Shown: piece by piece, positions 52,897 through 64,000 of the stretch
How the letters are laid out: the number at the start of each line of letters is the position of its first letter
Numbering within the stretch: the stretch's first letter is position 1
From: an uncultured Nitrospinota bacterium
GTDB lineage: Bacteria; Tectomicrobia; Entotheonellia; J063; CAVPRW01
Assembly (NCBI GenBank): GCA_963707985.1
Contig: CAVPRW010000046.1
Location: forward strand, 96,001-160,000
Reading direction: 5' to 3'
DNA length: 64,000 nt
Position numbers and translations under genes: made by a program
The notes under the pieces: model-generated
What the model saw: the letters and a program-made list of their open reading frames with translations, nothing else
The model's database searches: none
What the model was told of the DNA's origin: nothing

Positions 52897-53829
52897 AGGA
52901 CGTTCTCCCTCCAGTGTGACCTATCCTATTCAAACTGCGTCAGAATTCTTTGACACTGCTGCGGAGTGCACTCGACCTTGTCCGAGCAATCTCAGTTTGG
53001 CGAGCAACCAGGAACCCGTTCGCCCTGTATCAGACGGAGCTATGCGGCGCCCCTGCTGGCCGAGGACCAGGTGTTGGCCTGGTTGATCGCGCGTGGGGGC
53101 AGCGTACGTACAGGGGCGTTGAGTCAGGTGACGACGGTCGAGGGCGTGCGGGTCATGGACTGAGGGCCACCTCCTCGCCTGCAGGCGCCCCGATCACACC
53201 CGCGCCTGTGCCCTGGGTATCTACCCCCGCTCTCCGAGAGTGACCTTCTTTCGACAAGCATCTTGACGTCCCAATTGCCGAACGCATCGACCACGACGAC
53301 AGCGAAGAAATAGTGATTACCCGGTACGAGCGGCTTGATCTCAACCATGTGATGATTCGTGGTCGGCAACGGTGCGGTCGGCTTACCATCGGGTTCCTGG
53401 AGATGGGGGATCTGTCGACGACGAGTTTCTTCCGGCTGACGCCGATGGTGACGATATTCGTGGGCACGGACGTGACTACTGTGTGCGAGGACCAAGTGCC
53501 GCCGAACGACAGACCGTGTGGCGCTGGATCTGGACAACGTGCGGGCCGCGGCGGCCGGAGTCGGGGCCGAGCCGGTACTGGCCCGGCTGCAACGCGAGTT
53601 CTTCGAGGCGTATGGGGTGAGGGGCGCGGGTCTGGGGAGCGACACAGTAAAGACCCTGAAATCAGGGTCTTTACCTCGGTGAGTCCACGCGCGCGGGGAA
53701 TGCCTGTCTGTATTGTGGTAGCCTGCGCTGAAGTATCCTCCGTCCCTCGACTGAAAGGAGCCCACCGATGAGGTCGCCCGAGCCTGCGGGTCCAGAGCAG
53801 CTGACACAGTTCGTATGCGATGCCCTCCA

Positions 53830-54765
53830 GAGTGCCGCCGCCGACGTGGCGGCCGATCGCCCAGCCCGCCTCCAGGTCGCTCCGGAAGTGGATCTCCGCC
53901 CAGAGTCGTGACGCTCCGAACTCCTGTGCCCAGCCCAGGTAGCGGTGGGCCTCGCGTGGAAACAGAGGGCCGAGCACGAGTGCGGGGGCCATGCCGAGGG
54001 TCGCCGCGTTCGACCCGTAGGTCGGGAAGTTCGGGGTCGGAAGCACGGTCGTCAGGCTCGGATCGAACTGGGTGGGGCGCGTCGTCCAGTAGTGGTACTT
54101 CGCATCTGGCGACGCAATCTAGGCCTCGTAGTGCGCGACGTAGACCAGCGCGTACGCGCGCGCGGCTCACGGCGCAGTGCGTTCGAGCCCGGCTTCGGCC
54201 AGTTGGCGGCCGACCGCGTCGCTCAACCGGTAGAGCAGGCCTGGCCCCCCGTACTGCCCGAACTGCCAGTAGAGGACCTTGGCGTTCGTGACCGGCGATC
54301 TCGGCGGCGCGCTCCGGGGAGTCCGGGGCCGGGGGTGGGCCCGGCCGGAACTGGCTCGCCGAGGCCAGCCCCAAGGGCTTCCAGCGCCGCAGCTCATTGA
54401 CCCCGATAGGCTCCGTTCCCTGCCAGAAGCCAGGACCGACCGGCACCGTCTCCGCGTACGTCATCTCGTCGAGCTTGAGATACTCAATCACCCGAGTCGC
54501 GACAGCCCGGCCGAGTGCGAGCCCGGCACGGGCATCGCTGGGATACACGACCCCGGCCAGCACACGGCTATGCGCGGCTGCTTCGGCCGCCTCCGCAAAG
54601 CGCTGCGTGTCCCTGGGGGAGAGATGGGCGAGTACGGCAGCGCCCGCACCAGCGGCGACCGCATGCTCACCTGGATAGGACGGGGTGTGGGCCGATGGCA
54701 GCACGCTCATGAGCTGAGCATCCGCCGCGCTGAGCCGGCGCCGGTTGTGGGCATACTTGCTTTTT
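53830..54765 (-). pseudogene. Tandem PAP2/vanadium-haloperoxidase-like protein remnant
   Basis: PSYPGEHA..HSRVLAGVVYPSD and PTPNFPTY..SRLWAEIHFRSD in different frames. Confidence 0.7.
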
Positions 54766-55021
54766 GCTGTGCGCCATGTCTCGCGGCGCGGCACGTTCAT
54801 ACGCAGTGTCAGTGGCACTGCACTCTCATGGCGCCTTGATGGAGTGGCATCTGACGTCGGTTACCACACCGAAGCACACACATGGCCAGGACCTCCTTGA
54901 CACCGACGGGGAATTGGTCATACGTACAGAGTTTCGCTCGCTTTCTGTCCTTCGAGTCACTTCGGTGCATAGGTCTGGACAGGCACCCCACTTCATGGTG
55001 CCGGTGGTGGTATCTGCGGTG

Positions 55022-56103
55022 CTACGGCCTCGCCTCGATCACCAGGTTGAACGGGGCCTCGATGGGCGAAAGCGGCTGAACCCAGCCCGGGTCGCAATGT
55101 CGCGGAGCCGCGCCTCCCCCGCCTGTGCGCCCAGGGCCAGCCCCCGCGGCTGGGACAGGGATGTTGGCACACAGTTCAGGGTCGAGGCGGCGTAGTATGC
55201 CCGCCCCAGGGGCGTGAGGTTATCCGCCAAGCGATCGCCCGCCAGGGGCTCGACGAGTAGCAGCGTCCCGTCTGGTTCGAGGGCCGCGCGGATGTGCCGG
55301 CACGCCGCCTTGGGATCGCCCATATCATGGAGACAGTCCAAGAGGAGGATGAGATCGTAGCGCCCGGGGAATTTGGACGCGCCCGCGACCTCGAAGTGCA
55401 CCGTGTCGGCCAAGCCCGCCGCCCGTGCACGTTCCTGCGCCCGTGTAATCGAGCCGGCGTGGTAGTCGAAGCCCACGACCTTGCAGTCAGGGTAGGTCTG
55501 GGCGAGCAGGAGCGTCGAGACGCCATGGCCACAGCCCACGTCGGCGATACGCGCCCCGGCCTGGAGCTGCTCTGGCACGCCCGTGAGCGCGGGGATCCAT
55601 GTGGAGGTCAGGTTGGCGGTGTAGGCCGGGAGGTGGAATCGCGCCACCCCCGTGAAGACGTCTGGATCTTGGTGGTCGTACACCATGCCCTCGCCGGTCT
55701 GGAACGCCCCCAAGACGTGCCGTGCCGAATGCGCATAGCCGAAGGCCAACTGGAAGGCTCCAGCCAGGAACAACGGGCTCAACTCGTCTGCGAGCACCGC
55801 CACGTGCTCATCCGGAAGGGCGAAGCGGTCTGTGGCGCCGTCGTAGATGACATATCCTCCGGCGGCCTGCTGAGACAGCCACTCTCTGACATAGCGCTCC
55901 GCGGTCCCCGTCCGTGCGGCCAGTTCCGTCGGAGTGAGTGGCCCGGCGCCGGCCATGGCCTTGTACAGGCCCAGCCGGTCCCCCAGCACTACCATCGGCA
56001 GGCTCATCGCCGCCACAAAGTCCTCAAAGACGCGCTCGACAAAGGGGCGTGTGGATTCCTGTACGGCCTGGCTTGCGCGTGCGTGGAAATGTGCCTCAGC
56101 CAC
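55022..56103 (-). CDS. wHTH + class I SAM methyltransferase (Rv2258c-like), terminal frameshift
   Basis: GDRLGLY, ERYVREWL, DVGCGHG, DCLHDMGDP and LGAQAGE; PFNLVIEARP is in another frame. Confidence 0.85.
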
Positions 56104-56159
56104 CTTGTCCTTCGCGTCGACGTCGACGTCCTTTGCGTCCTGTGGTCTGCACCACCTCA

Positions 56160-56390
56160 GGCTGTCCTCTATGGCCGGTCACCACATAGGCTTCATCGCA
56201 CTCCACCTCAAGTGACAGCGTCACGGTGGGCTTGCTTTGACGATCCCGTCACGCCGTTGGGTCGTCATCTGCTGCACATCACGATCATTCACAGCCAATT
56301 CTTCTGCAATGTGCTCATTCGAGCGATTCAGTCCCATGAAATGCAGACATAGCACCCGTACTTTCAGCGGCTAATGATGTCCTGCCAAGC
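56160..56390 (-). mobile_element. IS1595-family transposase remnant
   Basis: LCLHFMGLNRSNEHIAEEL...QQMTTQ and EVECDEAYVVTGH fragments. Confidence 0.6.
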
Positions 56391-56916
56391 GGAACAGCGA
56401 TGGGTCCATCACAGGGGCACTCGGTGCGTGGTGGGCATCGGCCATCGCCGAGGCAAGAGCCATGCCAGCCTGGCCATTGGGAACTCACAGGCGGAATCAG
56501 CCGCCCTCCGCCATGGGGCTCGGGTTCGGCGGGATGCCGGGTGAGGCAGCGTGGCCTCACGGCCGTTCCGATCTGCCTCACGAGGGACCGATAAGATGAA
56601 GGGGTTGCCTTGAAAATTCGATTTTCATGCCTCGTGGTGTCACGTGGGACATGGAAGTTCTGTCGCTAATTTCCTTTGCACATGATCTGAGGTATGATCT
56701 CTCCTCTCATCCATAGCGAGTTCAGAGCATGGTGCAAACTCTCATGAGGCGTGCAACAGTTATAGGCCCAGAAGGAGGGTCGCTGCTCAGAGCTCGACTT
56801 TTGCCCTTTTGTCAGGCGAAGCTCGCAAGAATATCCCTGCTTGGCTCATGACTTTGCCCGCCCTCTGTGCCGCGGGGGCCTTCGCACCTCCTCTCGTGTG
56901 CATCTGACCGTTATAC

Positions 56917-56985
56917 TTGCCTTTTTTCTGGACCTCGAGTACATTGTAAAGGTATCCTTTCTGTAAATAAAAAAGGACACCTTTT
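56917..56985 (+). promoter_or_regulatory. Sigma70 promoter followed by two palindromic operator-like sites
   Basis: TTGCCT-17-TACATT; AAAGG-TAT-CCTTT (56948-56960) and AAAAGG-ACA-CCTTTT (56971-56985). Confidence 0.6.
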
Positions 56986-57004
56986 CTTGAGAGGAGCCTC
57001 ACCG

Positions 57005-57202
57005 ATGTCTGCCATCCTGGCCCGGGTTCTCGGGCGTCAACGCAAGGTTCGCCGTAAACGGAAGCCCGTGACCTGCTTACGCTGTGGGTGGACGTGGGTC
57101 CCCTACGGCCGCATGATGCCGGCGCGGTGCGCCAATCAAACCTGTCGCTCGCCCTACTGGTACACGCCGCGACGAGAGCGCCCCGAGGAGGCGCAGCCAT
57201 GA
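57005..57202 (+). CDS. Small basic Zn-ribbon protein
   Basis: GAGGAG RBS; CLRCGWTW...RCANQTCRSPYW; ATGA overlap with the next gene. Confidence 0.7.
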   Translation: MSAILARVLGRQRKVRRKRKPVTCLRCGWTWVPYGRMMPARCANQTCRSPYWYTPRRERPEEAQP

Positions 57203-57642
57203 CGACCCCGACGTATGACACCGATTTCTACGCCTGGATGCAGGTGCAGGCGGACGCGATCCGCGCCAGGGATTTAGCCCGCCTGGACATCACGCACCTG
57301 GCCGAGGAGATTGAGAGCTTGGGCATCGCGGACGAGCACGCCATCATACAACAGCTACAACGCCTGCTCGCCCACCTCTTGAAATGGCAGTATCAACCGA
57401 CGCATCGGGCGCGCAGCTGGCGCCGCTGCATCGACCAGGCCCGTGATGCCATCACCGATCGGATCACCCGCAGCCCCAGCTTGCACGACTTCCCAGCCCA
57501 GCGCTTGGCCCTGGCTTATCGGCGCGCCCGACGCGATGCGATGACGGACACCGGGCTGCCCCTAACGAGTTTCCCTGAGACGTGCCCTTGGGCGCTGGCG
57601 GACGTGCTCACGGACGACTGGTGGCCCCCGGAGGCCCCATGA
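57199..57642 (+). CDS. DUF29-family protein
   Basis: YDTDFYAW, LAEEIESLG, HLLKWQYQP, SPSL and FPETCPW. Confidence 0.9.
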   Translation: MTTPTYDTDFYAWMQVQADAIRARDLARLDITHLAEEIESLGIADEHAIIQQLQRLLAHLLKWQYQPTHRARSWRRCIDQARDAITDRITRSPSLHDFPAQRLALAYRRARRDAMTDTGLPLTSFPETCPWALADVLTDDWWPPEAP

Positions 57643-58133
57643 GCCTCCTGTATGATACCGACTTTGGCGCCTGGCTCGAGGCGCAATTGCACGCCCTGGC
57701 GACCGGCACCTGGGCTGAACTCGACATCCCGCATTTGTGTGATGAACTGGACGACGTCCGGCGCCATTATCTCCGCGAACTCGAATGGACGCTGACCCAG
57801 CTCATCGAGGCCCGCCTGGTCTGGGATTATGCCCCGGACGAGCGCTCGGACTGGTGGCAGGGACACATGAACGCCCAGCACAGCCACCTGGAAACATTCC
57901 TTGACGGCGCGGCGACCTTTCGGCCGGTCCTGGGCCAGCGCTATCCCGTGCTTTACCAGCACGCCATCCACGCCTTGCAGCGCTATCATCACCTCGACCC
58001 GAGCCGCTGGCCCAGGCTACCCCCGTGGCCGATCGAAGCCCTCATCGAGCACTATCAGACCGTGCCGGATGCGTGGCGGGAGAGGGCACCGCAGATGCCT
58101 CCGGGAGAGGAACGCGCTGACGGCAAGTTGTGA
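57639..58133 (+). CDS. Divergent DUF29-like protein
   Basis: LYDTDFGAW...LDIPHLCDEL...PPW; ATGA-coupled. Confidence 0.7.
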   Translation: MSLLYDTDFGAWLEAQLHALATGTWAELDIPHLCDELDDVRRHYLRELEWTLTQLIEARLVWDYAPDERSDWWQGHMNAQHSHLETFLDGAATFRPVLGQRYPVLYQHAIHALQRYHHLDPSRWPRLPPWPIEALIEHYQTVPDAWRERAPQMPPGEERADGKL

Positions 58134-58151
58134 AGAAGGAGTGTAGGGCCG

Positions 58152-58280
58152 ATGGGCATCTAAGAGACCGATTTCTATGCCCGGACGCAGGAGCAGGCGG
58201 CGGCGCTGCGGGCAAAAGACTGGCCGGCGCTGGACGTCGACAACCTGGTAGAAGAGCTGGAGGGCATGGCGAGGACAGTC
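58152..58280 (+). pseudogene. Third DUF29 copy, nonsense codon and truncated
   Basis: MGI*ETDFYARTQEQAAALRAKDWPALDVDNLVEELEGM. Confidence 0.7.
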
Positions 58281-58658
58281 ACCAGGGTCGTCGGCCTGAA
58301 GTCAAACGGCAAATTCTTGAAAGGACTGTGCATGGCCGTGGCAGTCGTGACATGGCACGCGTGCTGCCTAGCAGTCCGACAACTGTCATGGAAGAGGTAA
58401 AAACAAGCGCCGCTGCTTCAACACATCAATGTCCCCGTCATTGGCCAGCGGGATCCACGTGAGACCATCATTACGATCCAGCACGCCGAAGAAGCAGAAG
58501 TCGACGACATGTGGAGTTCGGTGGGGCAGAAAGCCCACCAACGATGGCGCTGGCATGCCATTAATCAGCGCACGGGCGTGGTATGAGCCGATGTGGTAGG
58601 CACACCTCAGGACGACGTCGTCTGACAGTTAAAAGGAGTGCTAGCCCCGTTGGGTAGG
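58280..58658 (+). mobile_element. IS1-family transposase remnant
   Basis: GRRPEVKRQI...RDMARVL; EAEVDDMWSSVGQK..QRWRWHAI. Confidence 0.75.
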
Positions 58659-59201
58659 TGTAGCGGCTCGCACTCATTGCACGCTCGGCTCGCACTAGAG
58701 CACCCGTCCTGGCCCACAATCATTGATTCTAGCGCGGGCGTCCGGCCCACATTCATTGCACCGGAGCCCACAGTATTGATTCTGGGCTCGCAATCGCACT
58801 CCGCGGCCCACATTATTGCGACTTCGCCGGTTGGTTCCGCTCGCGATTGCGCACGCCCTGATGGATGGTGCGAGTGTGCTGATCGGCGTGCTTCTTCCGT
58901 TGGTGAGGGCATGAGGAGGCCGTTGCTACGGCGTGTGTGGCGACGAGTGGAGGGCTGTCTCAAACGCGCCGTCGTTCGGCACGAGTTCCACCGGCGGGGA
59001 AAGGAGGTACACCAGCAACAGTGGTCATTGGCAAAATAGCGTTTGAATTTCCTATACACCAACCATCAGTCGCCAAGGAGTCCGTTATGCAAAAAAACGC
59101 GCGGCCTCAATCGCCGTCGCTTTTGCGGTGCTGCCGCGGCAACCATTGCTGCGGGCCCGCGAGGTCTTCCCAGTCTTATTCTTCCAGAAAGGAGCACAGC
59201 T

Positions 59202-60414
59202 ATGAGTAACGGTGCACAACAGACGGGCAGTGATCAGACCGCTATTCGTCCGTTTCATGTGAATGTTCCGGAAGCGGAACTTACCGAATTGCGCAGGCGC
59301 ATCAACGCGACCAAGTGGCCGGAACGGGAAACGGTCACGGATGCGATCGCAAGGCGTGCAGCTCGCGACGATGCAGGCACTCGCGCGCTATTGGGGGACG
59401 GAATACGACTGGCGGAAGGTGGAGGCGAGACTGAACGCCCTGCCGCAGTTCATCACCGAGATCGATGGGCTGGACATTCACTTCATTCACGTTCGTTCGA
59501 AACATGAAAATGCGTTGCCGCTCATCGTCACGCACGGATGGCCGGGCTCGATCATCGAGCAGATGAAGATTATCGATCCACTGACCAATCCCACGGCCCA
59601 TGGCGCGAGCGCATCGGACGCGTTCCATCTGGTGATTCCGTCGATGCCGGGCTACGGCTTTTCAGGCAAGCCGACCACTCCCGGCTGGGACCCCGACCGC
59701 ATCGCGCGTGCCTGGGTCGTGCTGATGAAGCGCCTCGGGTACACGAAATTTGTGGCGCAAGGCGGCGATTGGGGTGCGCTCATCACCGATCTCATGGGCG
59801 TGCAGGCGGCTCCGGAATTGCTGGGCATTCACACCAACATGCCTGGCGCGGTTCCAAACGACATTAACGGGGCGGCCTTTACCGGTGCGCCGGCGCCATC
59901 CGGTCTCGCAGCCGACGAGCAACACGCTTTCGATCGGCTCGCTTTTTTCTATAAGCATGGCCTCGGCTACGCCCTGGAGATGGCGAACCGCCCGCAGACG
60001 CTGTACGGGCTTGCAGATTCGCCGGTCGGCCTGGCGGCCTGGATCCTCGACCACGACGAAGCCAGTGAGGCGCTCATGGCGCGCGTCTTTGCCGGCCAGT
60101 CCGAGGGCCTTACGCGAGACGACATCCTCGACAACATCACCCTCTACTGGTTGACGAACACGGCGATCTCTTCGGCTCGTTTGTATTGGGAAAACAAGCT
60201 TGCCTTTTTCGCCCCCAAGAACGTCGCCATCCCGGTTGCCGTCAGCGTTTATCCCGATGAGATCTACGCCGCTCCGCGGAGCTGGGTAGAGAAAGCGTAT
60301 CCCAAACTCATCCATTACAACCGGCTACCCAAAGGCTGTCACTTCGCGGCGTGGGAGCAGCCGCAATTCTTTTCAGAAGAGGTGCGCGCGGGCTTCAGAT
60401 CACTGCGCCAATAG
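59202..60414 (+). pseudogene. Epoxide hydrolase (EHN + alpha/beta), frameshift near 59345
   Basis: IRPFHVNV..WPERETV | HGWPGS, QGGDWG and HFAAWEQP; an upstream Tat-like NRRRF segment may be part of the gene. Confidence 0.85.
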
Positions 60415-60658
60415 TGGAGCAGAGGATGTTCTGATGCCTTCTACGTCAACCTGGTCATCATCCCCCGCGCAAAATTGCTCAGAAAATGGGGCGTCCTTAC
60501 CCCACCACAACTTGCCGCAGGGGCAGCAGCGGTACGGGTGTGGCTTGGTCTTTCGCCTGGCGCCGGTCTCTGGAGGTATCCTGAGAACCTGCATCGGATT
60601 CGCAGAGCTGTCCCATGGCAAGGGGAAGGACCGGGGGGTAGTCCCGGTGTCCGTGCCA

Positions 60659-61703
60659 GTGCGCTATGCCGAACCACGGCGTGCTCGCGCCAAGGTAAGC
60701 CCGAAACCTTGGAACTGGACGAGATCCCATGAAATTGGTTGTTGTGACCCAGTGGGTGAAAGCCGCAGAGGCTTAAGTCCCACCTGACCAACGCCTCGCC
60801 AGCCGGTCAGGAGCGAATCCTACGTGCTAAGCCAGTAACGGAGGTGCGGAGCGAGGGGGAGCGAGGTGATAGGCCGCGTGATAGAGCCCCGAAATTGGTA
60901 TAGTCGTGGTCCGCAAGGATACCTGCAGCAGCCGTGCGGGGAAAGCCGACGGCTTGCACGCGCCGGAAGGCCGTAGCCCTGGGTGCGCTCGGGCGAGTGC
61001 TTAGGACACCACTGGGGTCTGAGAGCGGGGCAGGTCATCAAGGGGCCACTCGAGAACTTGGGAGAGCCAGTTGTCTCCTGGTCACTAATTCCCGGAAGAC
61101 GAGGGGTACCGGGTGCACGAGAGCCCTGGTGCGGACGTGCGGCTGCCAGCCGTCCACGACCCGGCAACGGAACACAAAGAGCGGAAGCAGGCCAGGTATG
61201 GCAGCGCCAGCGGCACGTGAAGCGGGGCGAGAGGGGTGACTGGCAGTCGTCGTGCAGCATAGTACCGAGGGTGCGTGGGCTGGTGTCCACGCACCGGGAA
61301 AGTGGGGAACTCGGGCCCACGGGACCCACGGCAGGGAAGGCGACACTGGGCAGAACGACTGTGGGGGGGGAAGACAGGAGAGACGTTGAGCTCACCAACG
61401 GTCTCAACGACACTTCAACGGCTTGCAGAGCAGGCACGTCAGTATCCAGCGAGGCTGTTCATGACGTTGGCCTACCTGATCGACGTGGAGTTGCTGCGGA
61501 AAGCCTCTCACCAGACGCGTCGCAATGGCGCGCCGGGAGTGGACGGGGTGACGGCGTCCGAGTATGCCGTCAACCTGGAGGCAAACCTGACCGACGTGCA
61601 TGCGGGGTTGCGCAACGGGCGGTACTATGCGCCGCCAGTGCAGCGCACCGACGTGCCCGAGGAACCGGAGGCCTGAATCGGGCACGTCCGGGTCTGTGGG
61701 GGG
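60659..61703 (+). mobile_element. Group II intron, internally deleted and 3'-truncated
   Basis: 5' GTGCG; RT start; domain V-like GAGGAACCGGAGGCCTGAATCGGGCACGTCCGGGTCTGTGGGGGG at ~61659-61703. Confidence 0.8.
61386..61676 (+). pseudogene. ltrA: Group II intron reverse transcriptase N-terminal fragment
   Basis: FMTLAYLIDVELLRKA...APGVDGVT...LEANL...GRYYAPPVQR; stops before the RT core. Confidence 0.8.
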
Positions 61704-61809
61704 CCGGTGCAATGAACGTGGGCCGGACACCCGCGCTAGAATCAATGATTGTGGGCCAGGACGGGTGCTCTAGTGCGAGCCGAGCGTGCAATTTGTGCGA
61801 GCCGCTACA

Positions 61810-62166
61810 ACTATTTATTGGCCCTCAATGGCACGGGGTATGTTTCCTCCCCCACGATTCACTGTGCGTCGTGTCTGCAAAAAGTTCACCGTAACCGGTC
61901 GATCACATACAACCATCAGATGTTGGGCGCAGCGATTATCCATCCGGTATGGCCATGGCGAGCAGAATCTGTCCGTGGTGTTTGCCACGTTGGTGCTACT
62001 GGCGTTTATTGTCGATCAGACCCAGCAGCACTGTTGTGCCTTGTTGCATGCGGTACGGGCAAAGCTGGGCAGTAAACGCCTGCTGTGGGAGCGGATGAGA
62101 GTGTTGTTCTCTGCCTATGCGCTTGCGTCCATGCGGCAACTGCTCGAAGCCCTGTTTTCGGCTTGA
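61810..62166 (+). mobile_element. DDE transposase remnant (ISNCY-like) with deletions
   Basis: YLLALNGTGY.SS.TIHCASC..HQMLGAAIIHP; YGHGEQNLS..VDQTQQHCC. Confidence 0.65.
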
Positions 62167-63031
62167 AAAAGCCCACACCCAGCTTTGCATTGGATTCCTC
62201 CTAGTCTCGCCATCGATGCCCTCCGCAACCGCGGTTCATCGAATTAGGCTATCCCCCATCAGGTGGAGAGGGGAACCTATACCTAGATCACGAGACGAGT
62301 CTGCTTGCAACAAGACATCCTGTCATCTCTGATCGCAAAAGTCGCTTCAAAAGACGGAAACGGATGCTCGAAACGCCCAGAGAGCTGTCCTCTACCATGG
62401 TCACATCGGACTCTCAGGGCATGAGCGGGAATTGCTGGCCCTATTATAGAGAAACTGTCATACGGTGCCACTTGCGGTATGAGTCAACGATAGCAGGCGT
62501 TTTGCATGAATCTTCGGGGTACACTTTGCTGAATATGGTACTTGGAAGCCTCTGCAAGACATTGGTGAGGCCCACCTGCCTCTTGGGCTGGATCGTTCCA
62601 AGTTGTCCGAAAATAACCTCTTACGGAAGACTTCAGGCCCACTGGGACCGTATGACACCTTCTCTAGTTTAAGGCCGTATAGGAGGCTGCGCGAGGCTCT
62701 GCATTGGCCTACCATCTTGGGGTCACAACCAGTTCGTCAATAATGTTTGACATGTGGACATATATACTCTACTGTTACGCGCCGAGGTGATCGTGAGGTG
62801 ATCGTATGGTACCACGTGAGCAGGCTTCCCCTGTCGAGGATCGCATCCATAGCCGACGGCCAGCCTCGGGCTTGAGCCGACAGGAGCTGGTCCGCCATGG
62901 CTGAATAACACATGAGGCGGTGAACGCCATTGGGGCGGGCATTCTGTATCGAGTACGCTTGTCACCATACGCATGCCAAGTTGCGTCGCGGAGTTGGCCT
63001 GGTAAGATGATGTCTGAGGAGAATATGTCAG

Positions 63032-63889
63032 ATGCAGCGGTCAAACAACACGCAGATAAAGCGGATAAATAGCTATAATGTCCACCAACTGATCGGAGCC
63101 GTGCTGGTGCTCGGCTTGATGATGGCCATGGGCAGAGTGACACTGGCTGGTGAAGCGCCGCGTGTTCTAGGCGAGCTCACGATCTTCGCCGCCGCATCGC
63201 TGACCGACGCCTTCAAAGAGATGGCCACCCAGATTGAGCAGGCCAATCCGGGCACGAAACTCACATTCAATTTCGCGGGCTCACCGACGCTCCGGACCCA
63301 AATGGCTCAGGGCGCGCGAGCCGATGTCTTCGCCTCGGCTGACGAGCCGAATATGGCTGGAGCAGAGAAAGATGGAACCATTACGGGTCAACCGCAGATC
63401 TTCGCGCGGAATTTACTGGTTGTGGTCGTTCCTGCCAAGAACCCAGCGGGTATTCGGACGTTGCAGGATCTGGCCAAACCCAACATCAAGCTCGTTCTCA
63501 CCAATAAAGAGGTCCCGGTAGGCAATTATGCCCGACAGGCACTGGAGAAGATGAGCCAGGATCCCGCCTTTGGCACTGATTTTTCTAAACGCGTTCTGGC
63601 AAACCTCGTTTCCGAGGAAACGAACGTCAGGCAAGTCGCCGCGAAAGTCCAATTGGGTGAAGCCGATGCCGGCATTGTATACTCCACAGACGTAACCCCT
63701 GTCATTCGTGACGCGGTGGTGGTTATCCAGATCCCACCTGAAATGAACGTCATCGCCAAGTATCCCATAGCGGTAGTCAAGGGTGCCCAGAATGAGGCGG
63801 GCGCGCGGGCTTTCATTGCGTATGTGCTTTCTCCTGCGGGGCAGACCATCCTGGTCCGCCACGGCTTCCTGGCCGCCGGTGTGGAATGA
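63032..63889 (+). CDS. modA: Molybdate ABC substrate-binding protein
   Basis: IFAAASL, FAGS, GARADVFASA, VPVGNYA and GEADAGIVYSTD. Confidence 0.93.
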   Translation: MQRSNNTQIKRINSYNVHQLIGAVLVLGLMMAMGRVTLAGEAPRVLGELTIFAAASLTDAFKEMATQIEQANPGTKLTFNFAGSPTLRTQMAQGARADVFASADEPNMAGAEKDGTITGQPQIFARNLLVVVVPAKNPAGIRTLQDLAKPNIKLVLTNKEVPVGNYARQALEKMSQDPAFGTDFSKRVLANLVSEETNVRQVAAKVQLGEADAGIVYSTDVTPVIRDAVVVIQIPPEMNVIAKYPIAVVKGAQNEAGARAFIAYVLSPAGQTILVRHGFLAAGVE

Positions 63890-64000
63890 GACCGCAAGGG
63901 ACAGACGCTGAATCTCATGGTGTCGCCAGGTTGATCGCAGGAGGTTGCGAGGGAGTAGGTTACTCATGAAGAATCGTTGCCGCAGGTGCGGGCTCACGAG

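Larger units (their letters stand above)
58659..61809. mobile_element. Segment bounded by ~106-bp inverted TGT...ACA transposon-like ends
   Basis: 58659-58764 is the reverse complement of 61704-61809 (4 mismatches by eye); repeated GGCYCRCA motifs inside; no target duplication. Confidence 0.7.

Noticed and set aside
53124..54818. 564-aa ORF as one protein
   Set aside because: It is a chance read-through of a broken PAP2/haloperoxidase gene and unrelated fragments.
5900..58163. In-frame stops as evidence of an alternative genetic code or selenocysteine
   Set aside because: The expected residues are inconsistent (TGA for Trp, TAA for Glu and for Tyr), each is a one-base change, and TGA/TAA end normal genes here.
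58659..58820. CRISPR-like array
   Set aside because: The repeats are short, degenerate and too closely spaced, there are no cas genes, and they fit transposon end sites better.

Overview
This GC-rich bacterial window is a heavily scarred accessory region. The adenylate cyclase-AAA-TPR gene style and the IS spectrum suggest a Ca. Tectomicrobia/Rokubacteria-like genome (inference only). From left to right it holds: (1) a decayed operon of two ATP-grasp genes and a ~1200-aa IPT/TIG Ig-like protein ending in Lys/Glu/Asp-rich repeats around an 'HFIPQALRPSL' motif, a candidate graspetide-like protein cross-linking system; (2) a minus-strand metal locus (chrB, chrF-like, DUF1259, DUF1080, chrA, APH kinase, ABC exporter pair, tatA/tatB, CDF); (3) an orphan BlaI regulator; (4) a DUF4331-TPR-Ni/Co transporter operon bracketed by two ECF sigma/anti-sigma pairs; (5) a catabolic cluster (LLM, NitT/TauT ABC, SDR, VOC, FAH) interrupted by a 5166-bp IS66 element with terminal inverted repeats and an 8-bp target duplication, carrying a cyclase-AAA-TPR passenger gene; (6) OsmC, thioredoxin and DsbB genes; (7) a papain-like enzyme followed by a stand-alone copy of its own N-terminal domain; (8) a Zn-ribbon plus triple DUF29 operon; (9) a TGT...ACA-ended segment with an epoxide hydrolase and a deleted group II intron; (10) modA. 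More than 12 genes carry frameshifts or nonsense codons, from real decay and/or assembly error. All family calls come from motif recognition by eye; no database searches were run.
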